The notes under the pieces were generated by a model, which was given only the letters and a program-made list of their open reading frames with translations, made no database searches and had not been told where the DNA came from. Source: an uncultured Actinomycetota bacterium (GTDB taxonomy: Bacteria > Actinomycetota > Actinomycetes > Propionibacteriales > Propionibacteriaceae). From it: 64,000 bases of DNA. Positions 54,266 through 64,000 of the stretch are shown here, in pieces. Within the stretch, counting starts at the first letter, position 1. Each line of letters opens with the position of its first letter. A program made the position numbers and the translations under genes. The DNA lies in assembly GCA_963713165.1 (NCBI GenBank), contig CAVQKU010000002.1:566845-630844 (forward strand), given 5' to 3'.

Positions 54266-55222
54266 GTGAATCCGCCGCTGCCCGAGCCCGTCGTGGTCGT
54301 GGCGACGCCGGAGCACGCGGCCGCCATGGTCGAGGTCGTGCACGCGGCCTTCGGCGCCCGCCCACCGGTCGTCCCGCCCTCGACGGCGGACCAGGAGACG
54401 GCGGGGACGATCGCCGACGCGCTGCGCCGTGGTGGCGGGATCTACGCCTCGGTCGACGGCCGCCCCGCGGGCGCGATCCTCGTGGGCAGCACCGCCGAGG
54501 ACGTGGCGACCTTCGCCCGCGTCTGCGTGCACCCCGACTTCCAGCGCCACGGCATCGCCAGCGCCATGGTCGCCGCCGCCGAGGACCTCGCGGCGTTGCA
54601 GGGCCACGCGCGCGTCGACCTCTTCGCCCGCGAGGAGTTCGCCGAGCTCATCACGTTCTGGGGCCGGCGCGGCTACGCCGTCGCCCGCCTCGCGCCGCAC
54701 GGCGTCGTGCTCAGCAAGCCGCTGCCCCGGGTGCTCGCCCTGCCCGACGCGGACGCCACCCACGAGCTCGGCCGGCGGCTGGGCGAGGTCGTCCGGCCCG
54801 GCGACCTGCTCGTGCTGTCCGGCGAGCTCGGCGCGGGCAAGACGACCCTGACCCAGGGCCTCGGCCGGGCGCTCGGCGTCACCGGAGCCGTCATCTCGCC
54901 GACCTTCGTCCTCTCCCGTGTGCACGCCACGCCCGCGGGTCGGCCCGACCTGGTGCACGTGGACGCCTACCGCCTGGGCAGCGCCGCCGAGCTCGACGAC
55001 CTGGACCTCGACGCGAGCGCCCCCGCCAGCGTCACCGTCGTGGAGTGGGGTCGCGGGCTGGTCGAGCAGGGCTGGGACCACCGCCTCGAGGTCGACCTCG
55101 TGCACGACCCCGAGGGCGGTCGGCTCGCGCTGCTCCGACCGGTCGGCGAGCGCTGGAGCGGCGTCGACCTCCGTGCGCTCGACCCGCGCCGTCGCGCGTA
55201 CGCGGAGGTCTCCGGTGCCTGA
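54266..55222 (+). CDS. tsaE: GNAT acetyltransferase-TsaE fusion
   Basis: N-terminal RVCVHPDFQRHGIASAMV (GNAT motif A); C-terminal LSGELGAGKTT, SPTF, HVDAYRL, VEWG; TAACCT -10 lies 7 nt before the GTG. Confidence 0.88.
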   Translation: MNPPLPEPVVVVATPEHAAAMVEVVHAAFGARPPVVPPSTADQETAGTIADALRRGGGIYASVDGRPAGAILVGSTAEDVATFARVCVHPDFQRHGIASAMVAAAEDLAALQGHARVDLFAREEFAELITFWGRRGYAVARLAPHGVVLSKPLPRVLALPDADATHELGRRLGEVVRPGDLLVLSGELGAGKTTLTQGLGRALGVTGAVISPTFVLSRVHATPAGRPDLVHVDAYRLGSAAELDDLDLDASAPASVTVVEWGRGLVEQGWDHRLEVDLVHDPEGGRLALLRPVGERWSGVDLRALDPRRRAYAEVSGA

Positions 55223-55943
55223 ACCCCGTCCGGCGGGCCTGACCCTCGCCCTCGACACCTCCACCGACGTCACCGTCGGGCTCGCCCGCGGGACCGAGGT
55301 CCTCGCCTCCGAGCGCGTCACGGACCGGATGGCGCACGTCGAGCAGCTCGTCCCGCTCGTGCACCGCACGCTCGCCGCGGTCGGCGCGACCCTGGCCGAC
55401 GTCGACCGGGTCGTCGTCGGCCTCGGGCCGGGTCCGTTCACCGGCCTGCGGGTGGGCATCGTCAGCGCCCAGGTGCTGGCCCACGTCCGCGGCGCCACGC
55501 TGCACGGGGTCTGCAGCCTCGACGTGATCGCCCTCGCCCACGCTGCGGGTCAGTCTCCCGGTGGACAGGGCTCGGCGAGCGCCGGCGAGGGTCGTGCCCC
55601 CGAGGGGCGCGGCGAGTTCGTGGTGGCCACCGACGCGCGCCGACGCGAGGTCTACTGGGCCCGGTACGCCGCCGACGGCACGCGCGTCCAGGGTCCCGCG
55701 GTCAGCAGCCCCGACGAGGTCCCCCGGCTCCCGACGGTCGGCCCGGGCGCGGACCTCTACGCCGACCGGCTCGACGCCGTCGCCGGCCCCCGGAACCTCG
55801 ACGCCGGTCTGCTCGCCGCGCACGGGCCGGACCTGCCGGACGCCGGCAGCGAACCCCTCTACCTGCGTCGCCCCGACGCCGCCGAACCCTCCCGCCGCAA
55901 GTCGGTGCTCCGGCTGCCGCCCGGCCAGGCGGTGCACCGGTGA
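55215..55943 (+). CDS. tsaB: t6A biosynthesis protein TsaB
   Basis: [37 protein letters not shown]. Confidence 0.94.
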   Translation: MPEPRPAGLTLALDTSTDVTVGLARGTEVLASERVTDRMAHVEQLVPLVHRTLAAVGATLADVDRVVVGLGPGPFTGLRVGIVSAQVLAHVRGATLHGVCSLDVIALAHAAGQSPGGQGSASAGEGRAPEGRGEFVVATDARRREVYWARYAADGTRVQGPAVSSPDEVPRLPTVGPGADLYADRLDAVAGPRNLDAGLLAAHGPDLPDAGSEPLYLRRPDAAEPSRRKSVLRLPPGQAVHR

Positions 55944-56542
55944 GCGCGGACCGGACGGGCGCCGGGCTGGAGCCCTCCGCGGCCTCCCTGCAGCTCGGCC
56001 TGCTGGCCGCGCGCCGCGACGACCTGCCCGCGATCCTGCGGCTCGAGGAGGAGGGCTTCGCCCCCGACGAGCGCTGGAGCGAGCGGAGCTGGGCCGGCGA
56101 GCTGCTGGGGCAGGGCCGTACGGTCCTGCTCGCCCGGGGCGCCCAGCCCGCCGGGGTCGTCGCCCTGTCGAGGGTCGGCGAGCTGGCCGACCTGCACCGC
56201 GTCGTCGTCGCCCCCTCCCACCGCCGCCAGGGCGTGGGCCTGCGGCTGGTCCGTGCGGGGCTCCTCGCGGTGCGCCACGCCGGTGCCCGCGCGGTGATGC
56301 TCGAGGTCGAGTGGACCAACGAGGCGGCGACCTCGCTCTACGCCCGGCTCGGCTTCGAGCAGCTGCACGTCCGGCGCGACTACTACGGCCCGGGACGCCA
56401 CGCGCTGATCATGAAGCTGTACGACCTCGAGACCTGGCCGGGCCGGTTCGCCCAGGCCGTGCGCGAGACCGAGGCCGACCTCGCGGCCGAGCGGGCGTCC
56501 GTCCCCGCGCCCGCGGACCCGAGCGCGGAGGAGGCACGGTGA
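55940..56542 (+). CDS. rimI: RimI-like N-acetyltransferase
   Basis: [17 protein letters not shown]...[24 protein letters not shown]; lies between tsaB and tsaD. Confidence 0.8.
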   Translation: MSADRTGAGLEPSAASLQLGLLAARRDDLPAILRLEEEGFAPDERWSERSWAGELLGQGRTVLLARGAQPAGVVALSRVGELADLHRVVVAPSHRRQGVGLRLVRAGLLAVRHAGARAVMLEVEWTNEAATSLYARLGFEQLHVRRDYYGPGRHALIMKLYDLETWPGRFAQAVRETEADLAAERASVPAPADPSAEEAR

Positions 56543-57606
56543 CCGGCCCGCTCGTGCTGGGCATCGAGAGCTCGTGCGACGAGACCGGGGTCGGGATCGT
56601 CCGCGGCCACGAGCTGCTGGCCAACGAGGTCGCCTCGAGCGTCGAGCTGCACGCCCGCTTCGGGGGCGTGGTGCCCGAGATCGCCAGCCGGGCGCACCTG
56701 GAGGCGCTGCTGCCGACCCTGCAGCGGGCCTGCGCCACGGCCGACGTCGACCTCACCGAGGTCGACGCGGTGGCCGTGACCGCCGGCCCGGGGCTGATGG
56801 GCGCGCTCGTGGTCGGCGTCGCCGCGGCCAAGGCGCTGGCGTACGCGCTGGGCAAGCCGCTCTACGGCGTCAACCACCTCGCCGGCCACGTGGCCGTCGA
56901 CCTGCTCGAGCACGGTCCGCTCCCCACGCCCTGCGTCGCCCTCCTCGTCTCGGGCGGCCACACCTCCCTGCTCCTCGTCGACGACATCGCCGGGAACGCG
57001 AGCCGGAAGGAGGGCGGGCGGGGGATCGTGGAGCTCGGCGCGACGATCGACGACGCGGCGGGGGAGGCGTACGACAAGGTCGCGCGCCTGCTCGGCCTGC
57101 CCTACCCCGGCGGACCGGTCATCGACCGGGCGGCGACGGGGGACCCGCGGGCCATCGCCTTCCCGCGCGGGCTGACCTCGGCCCGTGACCTCGAGCGGCA
57201 CCGGTTCGACTTCTCCTTCTCCGGGCTCAAGACCGCCGTCGCCCGCTGGGTCGAGACGCGCGAGCGCGACGGGCTCGACGTGCCGCTGGCCGACGTCGCG
57301 GCGAGCTTCCAGGAGGCGGTCTGCGACGTGCTGAGCGCCAAGGCCCTGGACGCCTGCGCCGCGACCGGCGCGACGAACCTGCTCATCGGCGGCGGGGTCG
57401 CCGCCAACGGCCGGCTGCGGGCTCTGCTGGCGGAGCGCTCCGCCGCGGCCGGGGTCGCGCTGCGCACGCCGCGACCGGGTCTGTGCACCGACAACGGCGC
57501 GATGATCGCGGTGCTCGGCTCCGAGGTGGTCACCGCGGGAGGGCGCCCCTCCGGGCCGGAGCTCGGCGCCGACTCCTCGCTGCCGGTCAGCCGCGTGCTG
57601 GTCTGA
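56539..57606 (+). CDS. tsaD: t6A transferase TsaD
   Basis: [57 protein letters not shown]. Confidence 0.96.
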   Translation: MTGPLVLGIESSCDETGVGIVRGHELLANEVASSVELHARFGGVVPEIASRAHLEALLPTLQRACATADVDLTEVDAVAVTAGPGLMGALVVGVAAAKALAYALGKPLYGVNHLAGHVAVDLLEHGPLPTPCVALLVSGGHTSLLLVDDIAGNASRKEGGRGIVELGATIDDAAGEAYDKVARLLGLPYPGGPVIDRAATGDPRAIAFPRGLTSARDLERHRFDFSFSGLKTAVARWVETRERDGLDVPLADVAASFQEAVCDVLSAKALDACAATGATNLLIGGGVAANGRLRALLAERSAAAGVALRTPRPGLCTDNGAMIAVLGSEVVTAGGRPSGPELGADSSLPVSRVLV

Positions 57607-57614
57607 CCGGGCCG

Positions 57615-58799
57615 GTGACCGGACCGCCGCTCGGGCTGACGGCCGAGGCGCTGGCGGCGGCCGAGGCCGAGTCCGACCCGGGCTCCCTCGCGGCGGGGAC
57701 GCGGCTGCGCAACCGGTTCCCCCCCGAGCTCGCCGCCAGCGCCCTCACCCAGGCGGAGCTGCGCCGGCGCGCGCGGTCCAAGTTCGGGGAGGCGGCCGCC
57801 GGGTGGTGGTTCACCCGCGACGGGCTCGAGCAGGCCACGCGCCCGGAGGTCGCCGCGCAGCACGCGCAGCGCTTCCTCGACGCCGGCGTACGCCGCGTGG
57901 TCGACCTGGGGTGCGGGATCGGGTCCGACGCCGTCGCGTTCGTCCGGGCCGGGCTCGACGTCCTCGCCGTGGAGCGCGACCCGGTGACCGCCGACGTGGC
58001 GCGGGCGAACCTGGCCGGGGCGGTGGCAGCCGCCCCGCAGGACCGCGGCGCCGACGTCGAGGTGGTCGTCGCCGACGTCACCGACGTGCTGGCCGCGGGG
58101 CTGCGGCCCGGGGACGGCGTCTTCGCCGACCCGGCCCGCCGCGACGCGCGCGGACGCCTCTGGCGGGCCCAGGACTTCAGCCCCGACCTCTCGGTGCTCC
58201 TGGCACTCGCCGCGCCGGACCGGGTGCTCGGGATCAAGCTGGGGCCCGCGCTGCCGCACGCCCTCGTCCCGGGCGACGCCGAGGCGGAGTGGGTCAGCCA
58301 CCACGGCGACGTGGTCGAGGTCGGCGTGTGGAGCGGACCCGGGTCCGTGCCCGGCCGGCGCAGCGCCCTGCTGGTGCCCGGCCCGCGCCTGGTGGCCGAC
58401 GACGTCCGGCTCGAGGTCCGTGACGTGGGCGCCTACCTGTACGAGCCCGACGGCGCGGTGATCCGCGCGGGCGCGGTCGGGGTGCTGGGGGAGCGGCTCG
58501 GCGCCGGGCTGCTCGACGCGCAGATCGCCTACCTGACCGCCGACACCCTGACGAGCACCCCGGGGGCCACCGCGTTCGCCGTCGAGGAGGTGCTGCCCTA
58601 CGACCTCAAGCGGCTCCGGCGCTGGGTCCGCGAGCACGAGGTCGGGTCGCTGGAGATCAAGCGGCGGGGGCTCGACGTCGACCCGGCGGACCTGCGCCGC
58701 CAGCTGAGGCCGCGGGGGAGCGTCGCCGCGACGCTGCTGCTGAGCCGCACCGGCGCCGGTGCGCTCGCCCTCGTGGTGCGCAGGGTGGCGCACCGGTGA
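57615..58799 (+). CDS. Class I SAM methyltransferase with THUMP-like C-terminus
   Basis: FTRDGLEQAT, VVDLGCGIGSD, FADPARR, YLYEPDGAVIRAG, LEIKRRG. Confidence 0.85.
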   Translation: MTGPPLGLTAEALAAAEAESDPGSLAAGTRLRNRFPPELAASALTQAELRRRARSKFGEAAAGWWFTRDGLEQATRPEVAAQHAQRFLDAGVRRVVDLGCGIGSDAVAFVRAGLDVLAVERDPVTADVARANLAGAVAAAPQDRGADVEVVVADVTDVLAAGLRPGDGVFADPARRDARGRLWRAQDFSPDLSVLLALAAPDRVLGIKLGPALPHALVPGDAEAEWVSHHGDVVEVGVWSGPGSVPGRRSALLVPGPRLVADDVRLEVRDVGAYLYEPDGAVIRAGAVGVLGERLGAGLLDAQIAYLTADTLTSTPGATAFAVEEVLPYDLKRLRRWVREHEVGSLEIKRRGLDVDPADLRRQLRPRGSVAATLLLSRTGAGALALVVRRVAHR

Positions 58800-58907
58800 C
58801 CGCCCCGGACCATGATCAATATCTCGTTACCAAAAGTTTATCCTCGTCGAGGAACTCGGTTAGGGTCGACGCCGACGTCCCGGGGGGACGACCACGAGGA
58901 GACCCTG

Positions 58908-60377
58908 ATGCCCACTGCCCGCGCACGACGATGCTGGACGGTGGCCCTCGCCACCGCCGTGGCGAGCGCCGCTCTCGCGCCCAGCGCATCCGCTGCACCC
59001 GCTCCCGCGGCCCTCACCGGGGCCTGCGCGGCGCTCGACGACTCGATCTACCAGACGGTGAAGCCGAAGAACGACGCGTCGCTGCTGACCACCTGGACCA
59101 ACGAGCTCATCGGTGCCGTGCTGCTCGGCTTCACCGACGACCGGGGTGAGCTGTTCACCGCCTCGCGCACCGCGGGCGACGGCCTGGTGGGGGTGCACCG
59201 CCTCTACGACAAGTCGGCCAACGACTTCCTCTTCACCGCGCAGACCGACGAGGTGGGCTCGCTGACCGCCGACGGCTACGAGGACCAGGGTGTGCGCTTC
59301 TACGTGCTCGACCAGGCCGACGACTGCGCCGTGCCGGTCTACCGCTACAGCAAGGCCGACAAGCACCGCATGGCGGTCTCGTCGAGCGACCGGAGCGCGC
59401 TGTCCGGCGACGGCTGGAAGTCCGAGGGCGTGTCCTTCTACGCCGCCGGCGACGCGGGCGACCCCGCACCGACGACCCCTGCGCCACCGCCCGAGCCCTC
59501 GGGCAGCTCCTTCAGCTTCGCCGTCATCCCCGACAGCCAGATGGAGGTCGTCAGCCCGACCGACCCGCGGATGAAGAACCGGACCACCTGGCTGGCCAAG
59601 CAGCCCGGCCTGGCCTTCGTGGACCACACCGGCGACGTCGTCAACTGGGACACCGACGACCACGGCCAGATGAAGGTCGCCAGGGCGGCCATGGACGTGC
59701 TGCACGCCGCGGACATCCCCTACTCGTTGAGCATCGGCAACCACGACACCGAGGCGACCGGCGTGGGCGGCGGCGCCCGCGACCCGAGGAACACCTACAG
59801 GCTCCAGCGCGACACCTCGACCTTCAACAGCTTCTTCGACGCCGGCGACTACGGCGACGTGGGCGGGGCCTACGAGGCGGGCAAGGTCGACAACACCTAC
59901 TCGCTCTTCACCGCGGGCGGGCTGAAGTGGCTGGTGCTGAACCTGGAGTTCTGTCCCCGTCCGGGTGCGGTCACCTGGGCCAAGGGCGTCGTGGCGTCGC
60001 ACCCCGACCACAACGTGATCATCTCGACCCACAGCTACCTCGACGGGGCCGGCAACCTCGACCAGTCCAACCAGGGCTACGGCGACACCAGCGGGCAGAA
60101 GCTGTTCGACGGGCTGGTCAGCCAGTACCCGAACGTCAAGATGGTCTTCTCCGGCCACGTCGGCTACGCGGAGAAGGCCCGGGTCGACACGGGCAAGAAC
60201 GGCAACAAGATCTACTCGTTCCTGACCACCATGCACGACGCCAGGACCAACCCGGTCCGGATGCTCACGGTGGACACGGCCGACGACAGCCTCTCGACCT
60301 CCATCTACGCGCCGTACACGAACCAGACCTGGAGCGCCTACACCCAGACGATCCGCGGGCTAGACTTCGTGCGCTGA
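58908..60377 (+). CDS. Secreted calcineurin-like metallophosphoesterase with N-terminal DUF5648-like repeats
   Basis: Signal peptide; GVHRLYD..DFLFT / YEDQGVRFY / PVYRY..HR / WKSEGVSFY repeats; IPDSQ, HTGDVV, GNHD, STHSY and FSGH metallophosphoesterase motifs. Confidence 0.82.
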   Translation: MPTARARRCWTVALATAVASAALAPSASAAPAPAALTGACAALDDSIYQTVKPKNDASLLTTWTNELIGAVLLGFTDDRGELFTASRTAGDGLVGVHRLYDKSANDFLFTAQTDEVGSLTADGYEDQGVRFYVLDQADDCAVPVYRYSKADKHRMAVSSSDRSALSGDGWKSEGVSFYAAGDAGDPAPTTPAPPPEPSGSSFSFAVIPDSQMEVVSPTDPRMKNRTTWLAKQPGLAFVDHTGDVVNWDTDDHGQMKVARAAMDVLHAADIPYSLSIGNHDTEATGVGGGARDPRNTYRLQRDTSTFNSFFDAGDYGDVGGAYEAGKVDNTYSLFTAGGLKWLVLNLEFCPRPGAVTWAKGVVASHPDHNVIISTHSYLDGAGNLDQSNQGYGDTSGQKLFDGLVSQYPNVKMVFSGHVGYAEKARVDTGKNGNKIYSFLTTMHDARTNPVRMLTVDTADDSLSTSIYAPYTNQTWSAYTQTIRGLDFVR

Positions 60378-60524
60378 TCACGAGACGTGGCGCACGGCCC
60401 TTCCCCCCCTTGGGCTGGGCGCCGGCGGCACGGCCCCGGACCTCTGGTCCGGGGCCGTGTGCCGTCTCCGGGGCCTGCACGCCGCCCCGTCCGCGTCCCC
60501 CTGCGTCGACCCCGCCTCCCGCTC

Positions 60525-60551
60525 CTGGCACTCGGTCGGGTCGAGTGCTAA
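60525..60551. promoter_or_regulatory. CIRCE (HrcA operator) 1
   Basis: CTGGCACTC-N9-GAGTGCTAA. Confidence 0.92.
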
Positions 60552-60558
60552 TGTCGGA

Positions 60559-60585
60559 TTAGCACTCCGACGAGGAGTGTGCCAG
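60559..60585. promoter_or_regulatory. CIRCE (HrcA operator) 2
   Basis: TTAGCACTC-N9-GTGTGCCAG. Confidence 0.85.
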
Positions 60586-60703
60586 CGCCGGCCCCGGTCG
60601 GCGCGGGCGGACGGGACGGCACCCGCGACGACGCCCCGACCACCTCCAGACAGCACAGACACCCGCGGAACGATCCGCACACTCACCCGTGAAAGGGGCC
60701 TGA

Positions 60704-62653
<1,950 letters not shown>

Positions 62654-62681
62654 GGTCTTCGCCTGATCGACCCGTACGACC

Positions 62682-62719
62682 CACGAGGCCGTCCCGCCAC
62701 CCGGCGGGGCGGCCTCGTG
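62682..62719 (+). terminator. groEL terminator hairpin
   Basis: 17-bp stem cacgaggccgtcccgcc/ggcggggcggcctcgtg with a 4-nt loop. Confidence 0.7.
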
Positions 62720-63101
62720 CCGTCTCCCGGGCCGGCCCGACCGCGCCTGCGCCCGCCGTAGCGCCTCTGTGGCTGCGGCCCGGTGCCCGGAGGACGGGGT
62801 TGTTGAACGGTCACGTTGTGTCGCAAACCTGAGTGCTGCTTTGTGAAGTAGCGCAACAGTCGAGGCATCACGACTTCGTAACGATGACCCCCCATGCTGT
62901 CGCTGACAACGGTGTTCCGTGAGAATCGCCAGTGAGTCGTTCGGGGGATCGCTCATAGGGGATGCGAAGGCTTCGGGCCCACCACCGGTCCGGCAGCACC
63001 AGGCTTTGAGCTCGTCGATCCACGTCCGGCCGGGAAGCCGTCGTGGTGAGCCGAGAGAACGTGCGTTGACCATCCGCTCGGGGAGTAGATGGAGTCCCTC
63101 G

Positions 63102-63725
63102 GTGACGAACACCGATCCCGGCCAGGCCTTGTCCGACCCCGAGCTCCTGGCGCGAGCCCGCGCCGGCGAGGTGGTCGCCGTGAACCTGCTGATCACGGCC
63201 GTGCGCAAGGCCGTCCAGCGTTACTGCCGCGCCCGCCTGTCCACCTACAGCGGTGGCACCGAGGCGGCGGAGGACGCGACGCAGGAGATCTGCCTCGCGG
63301 TCGTCGACGTGCTGCCGCGCTACCAGGACCAGGGCGCGCCCTTCGCCGCCCTCGTCTACGCGATCGCGTCCAACAAGGTCGCCGACGCGCAGCGCCGCTA
63401 CGCCCGCTCGCCCATCCAGGTCGTCGAGGAGCTGCCGGAGCAGGCCGAGGCCACGCTCGGTCCCGAGCAGCAGACCATCGCCCGCTCGGACGTGACGGCC
63501 GCCCTCGCGCTGCTCGAGCGGCTCCCCCCGCGGATGGCCCAGGTCGTGCGGCTGCGCGCCGAGGGCCTGAGCGCCGAGGAGGTGGGCGCGATCGTCGGCC
63601 TCACCGCCAACGCCGTGCGCGTCACCCAGCACCGCGCCCTCGCCCGGCTGCGTCGCCTGGTCGCCGACTCCGCCGACCACCGCGAACGCTTCGCCGACCG
63701 CTGGTCGGCACCCGTCGCCGCCTGA
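63102..63725 (+). CDS. ECF sigma factor, ShbA/SigD type
   Basis: RYCRARL, AEDATQEIC, PFAALVYAIASNKVADAQR, SAEEVG..NAVRVTQHRALARLR; located between groEL and probable guaB. Confidence 0.85.
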   Translation: MTNTDPGQALSDPELLARARAGEVVAVNLLITAVRKAVQRYCRARLSTYSGGTEAAEDATQEICLAVVDVLPRYQDQGAPFAALVYAIASNKVADAQRRYARSPIQVVEELPEQAEATLGPEQQTIARSDVTAALALLERLPPRMAQVVRLRAEGLSAEEVGAIVGLTANAVRVTQHRALARLRRLVADSADHRERFADRWSAPVAA

Positions 63726-63878
63726 CGAGGGACCGCCCCCGGGGACGGCTCCCGCGGAGCGCCCGGCGGGCGGTCCGGCGGAGGCCGCCACCGGGCGGAC
63801 GCCCGCCTCGCGCGGTGACTGCCCGGACGAGCGGCGGCGCTACAGTGGGCCCTCCGCCAGCGCCACGAAGGACCTGCC

Positions 63879-64000
63879 GTGCCCATGCTCCCGGGGCAGC
63901 CGCCCGCCGCCGACCACCAGCGCCCCGAGGGCGAGGTGGCCCCGTACGACCAGCAGGGCTGGGCCTCCGGCCCCGGGGTGCCGAGCCCGTTCGCGGCGCT
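63879..64000 (+). CDS. guaB: 5' end of a probable IMP dehydrogenase (partial)
   Basis: Ends GVPSPFAA(L), resembling the actinobacterial GuaB start GVPxxFAxLGLTxDDV; sigD-guaB synteny; only 40 codons visible. Confidence 0.45.
   Translation, partial: MPMLPGQPPAADHQRPEGEVAPYDQQGWASGPGVPSPFAA

Noticed and set aside
62720-63101. whiB-family gene between groEL and the sigma factor
   Set aside because: No frame shows the four-Cys and G(V/I)WGG pattern.

Overview
Very GC-rich actinobacterial chromosome segment; gene content and order are most consistent with Propionibacteriales (Microlunatus/Friedmanniella-like), which is an inference. It is mostly core housekeeping: HelD-like ATPase, XPB helicase pair, csp, pyc, serC, pdxH, sodA, truA, trmB, citrate synthase, rplM-rpsI-glmM, coaA, glmS-acpS-nnr-alr, DEAD-box helicase, tsaE-tsaB-rimI-tsaD, CIRCE-controlled groES-groEL, an ShbA/SigD-type sigma factor and the probable start of guaB. 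Small accessory islets are interspersed. I saw no tRNA, rRNA, CRISPR array, integrase or classical transposase. The best candidate for an undescribed system is a lone AbiEi-wHTH/DUF559-like nuclease gene between pdxH and sodA. It is bracketed by two long hairpins that share an identical 27-bp core in inverted orientation while their outer arms differ yet stay self-complementary, as in a REP/RAYT-like element. A second, unrelated palindromic repeat family occurs at 6.8 kb and 46.4 kb. Several accessory genes carry single-base frameshifts, some probably sequencing errors. Many genes appear leaderless (TANNNT 6-8 nt before the start codon), and I used this to refine start codons. All family assignments come from motif recognition by eye; no database search was run.
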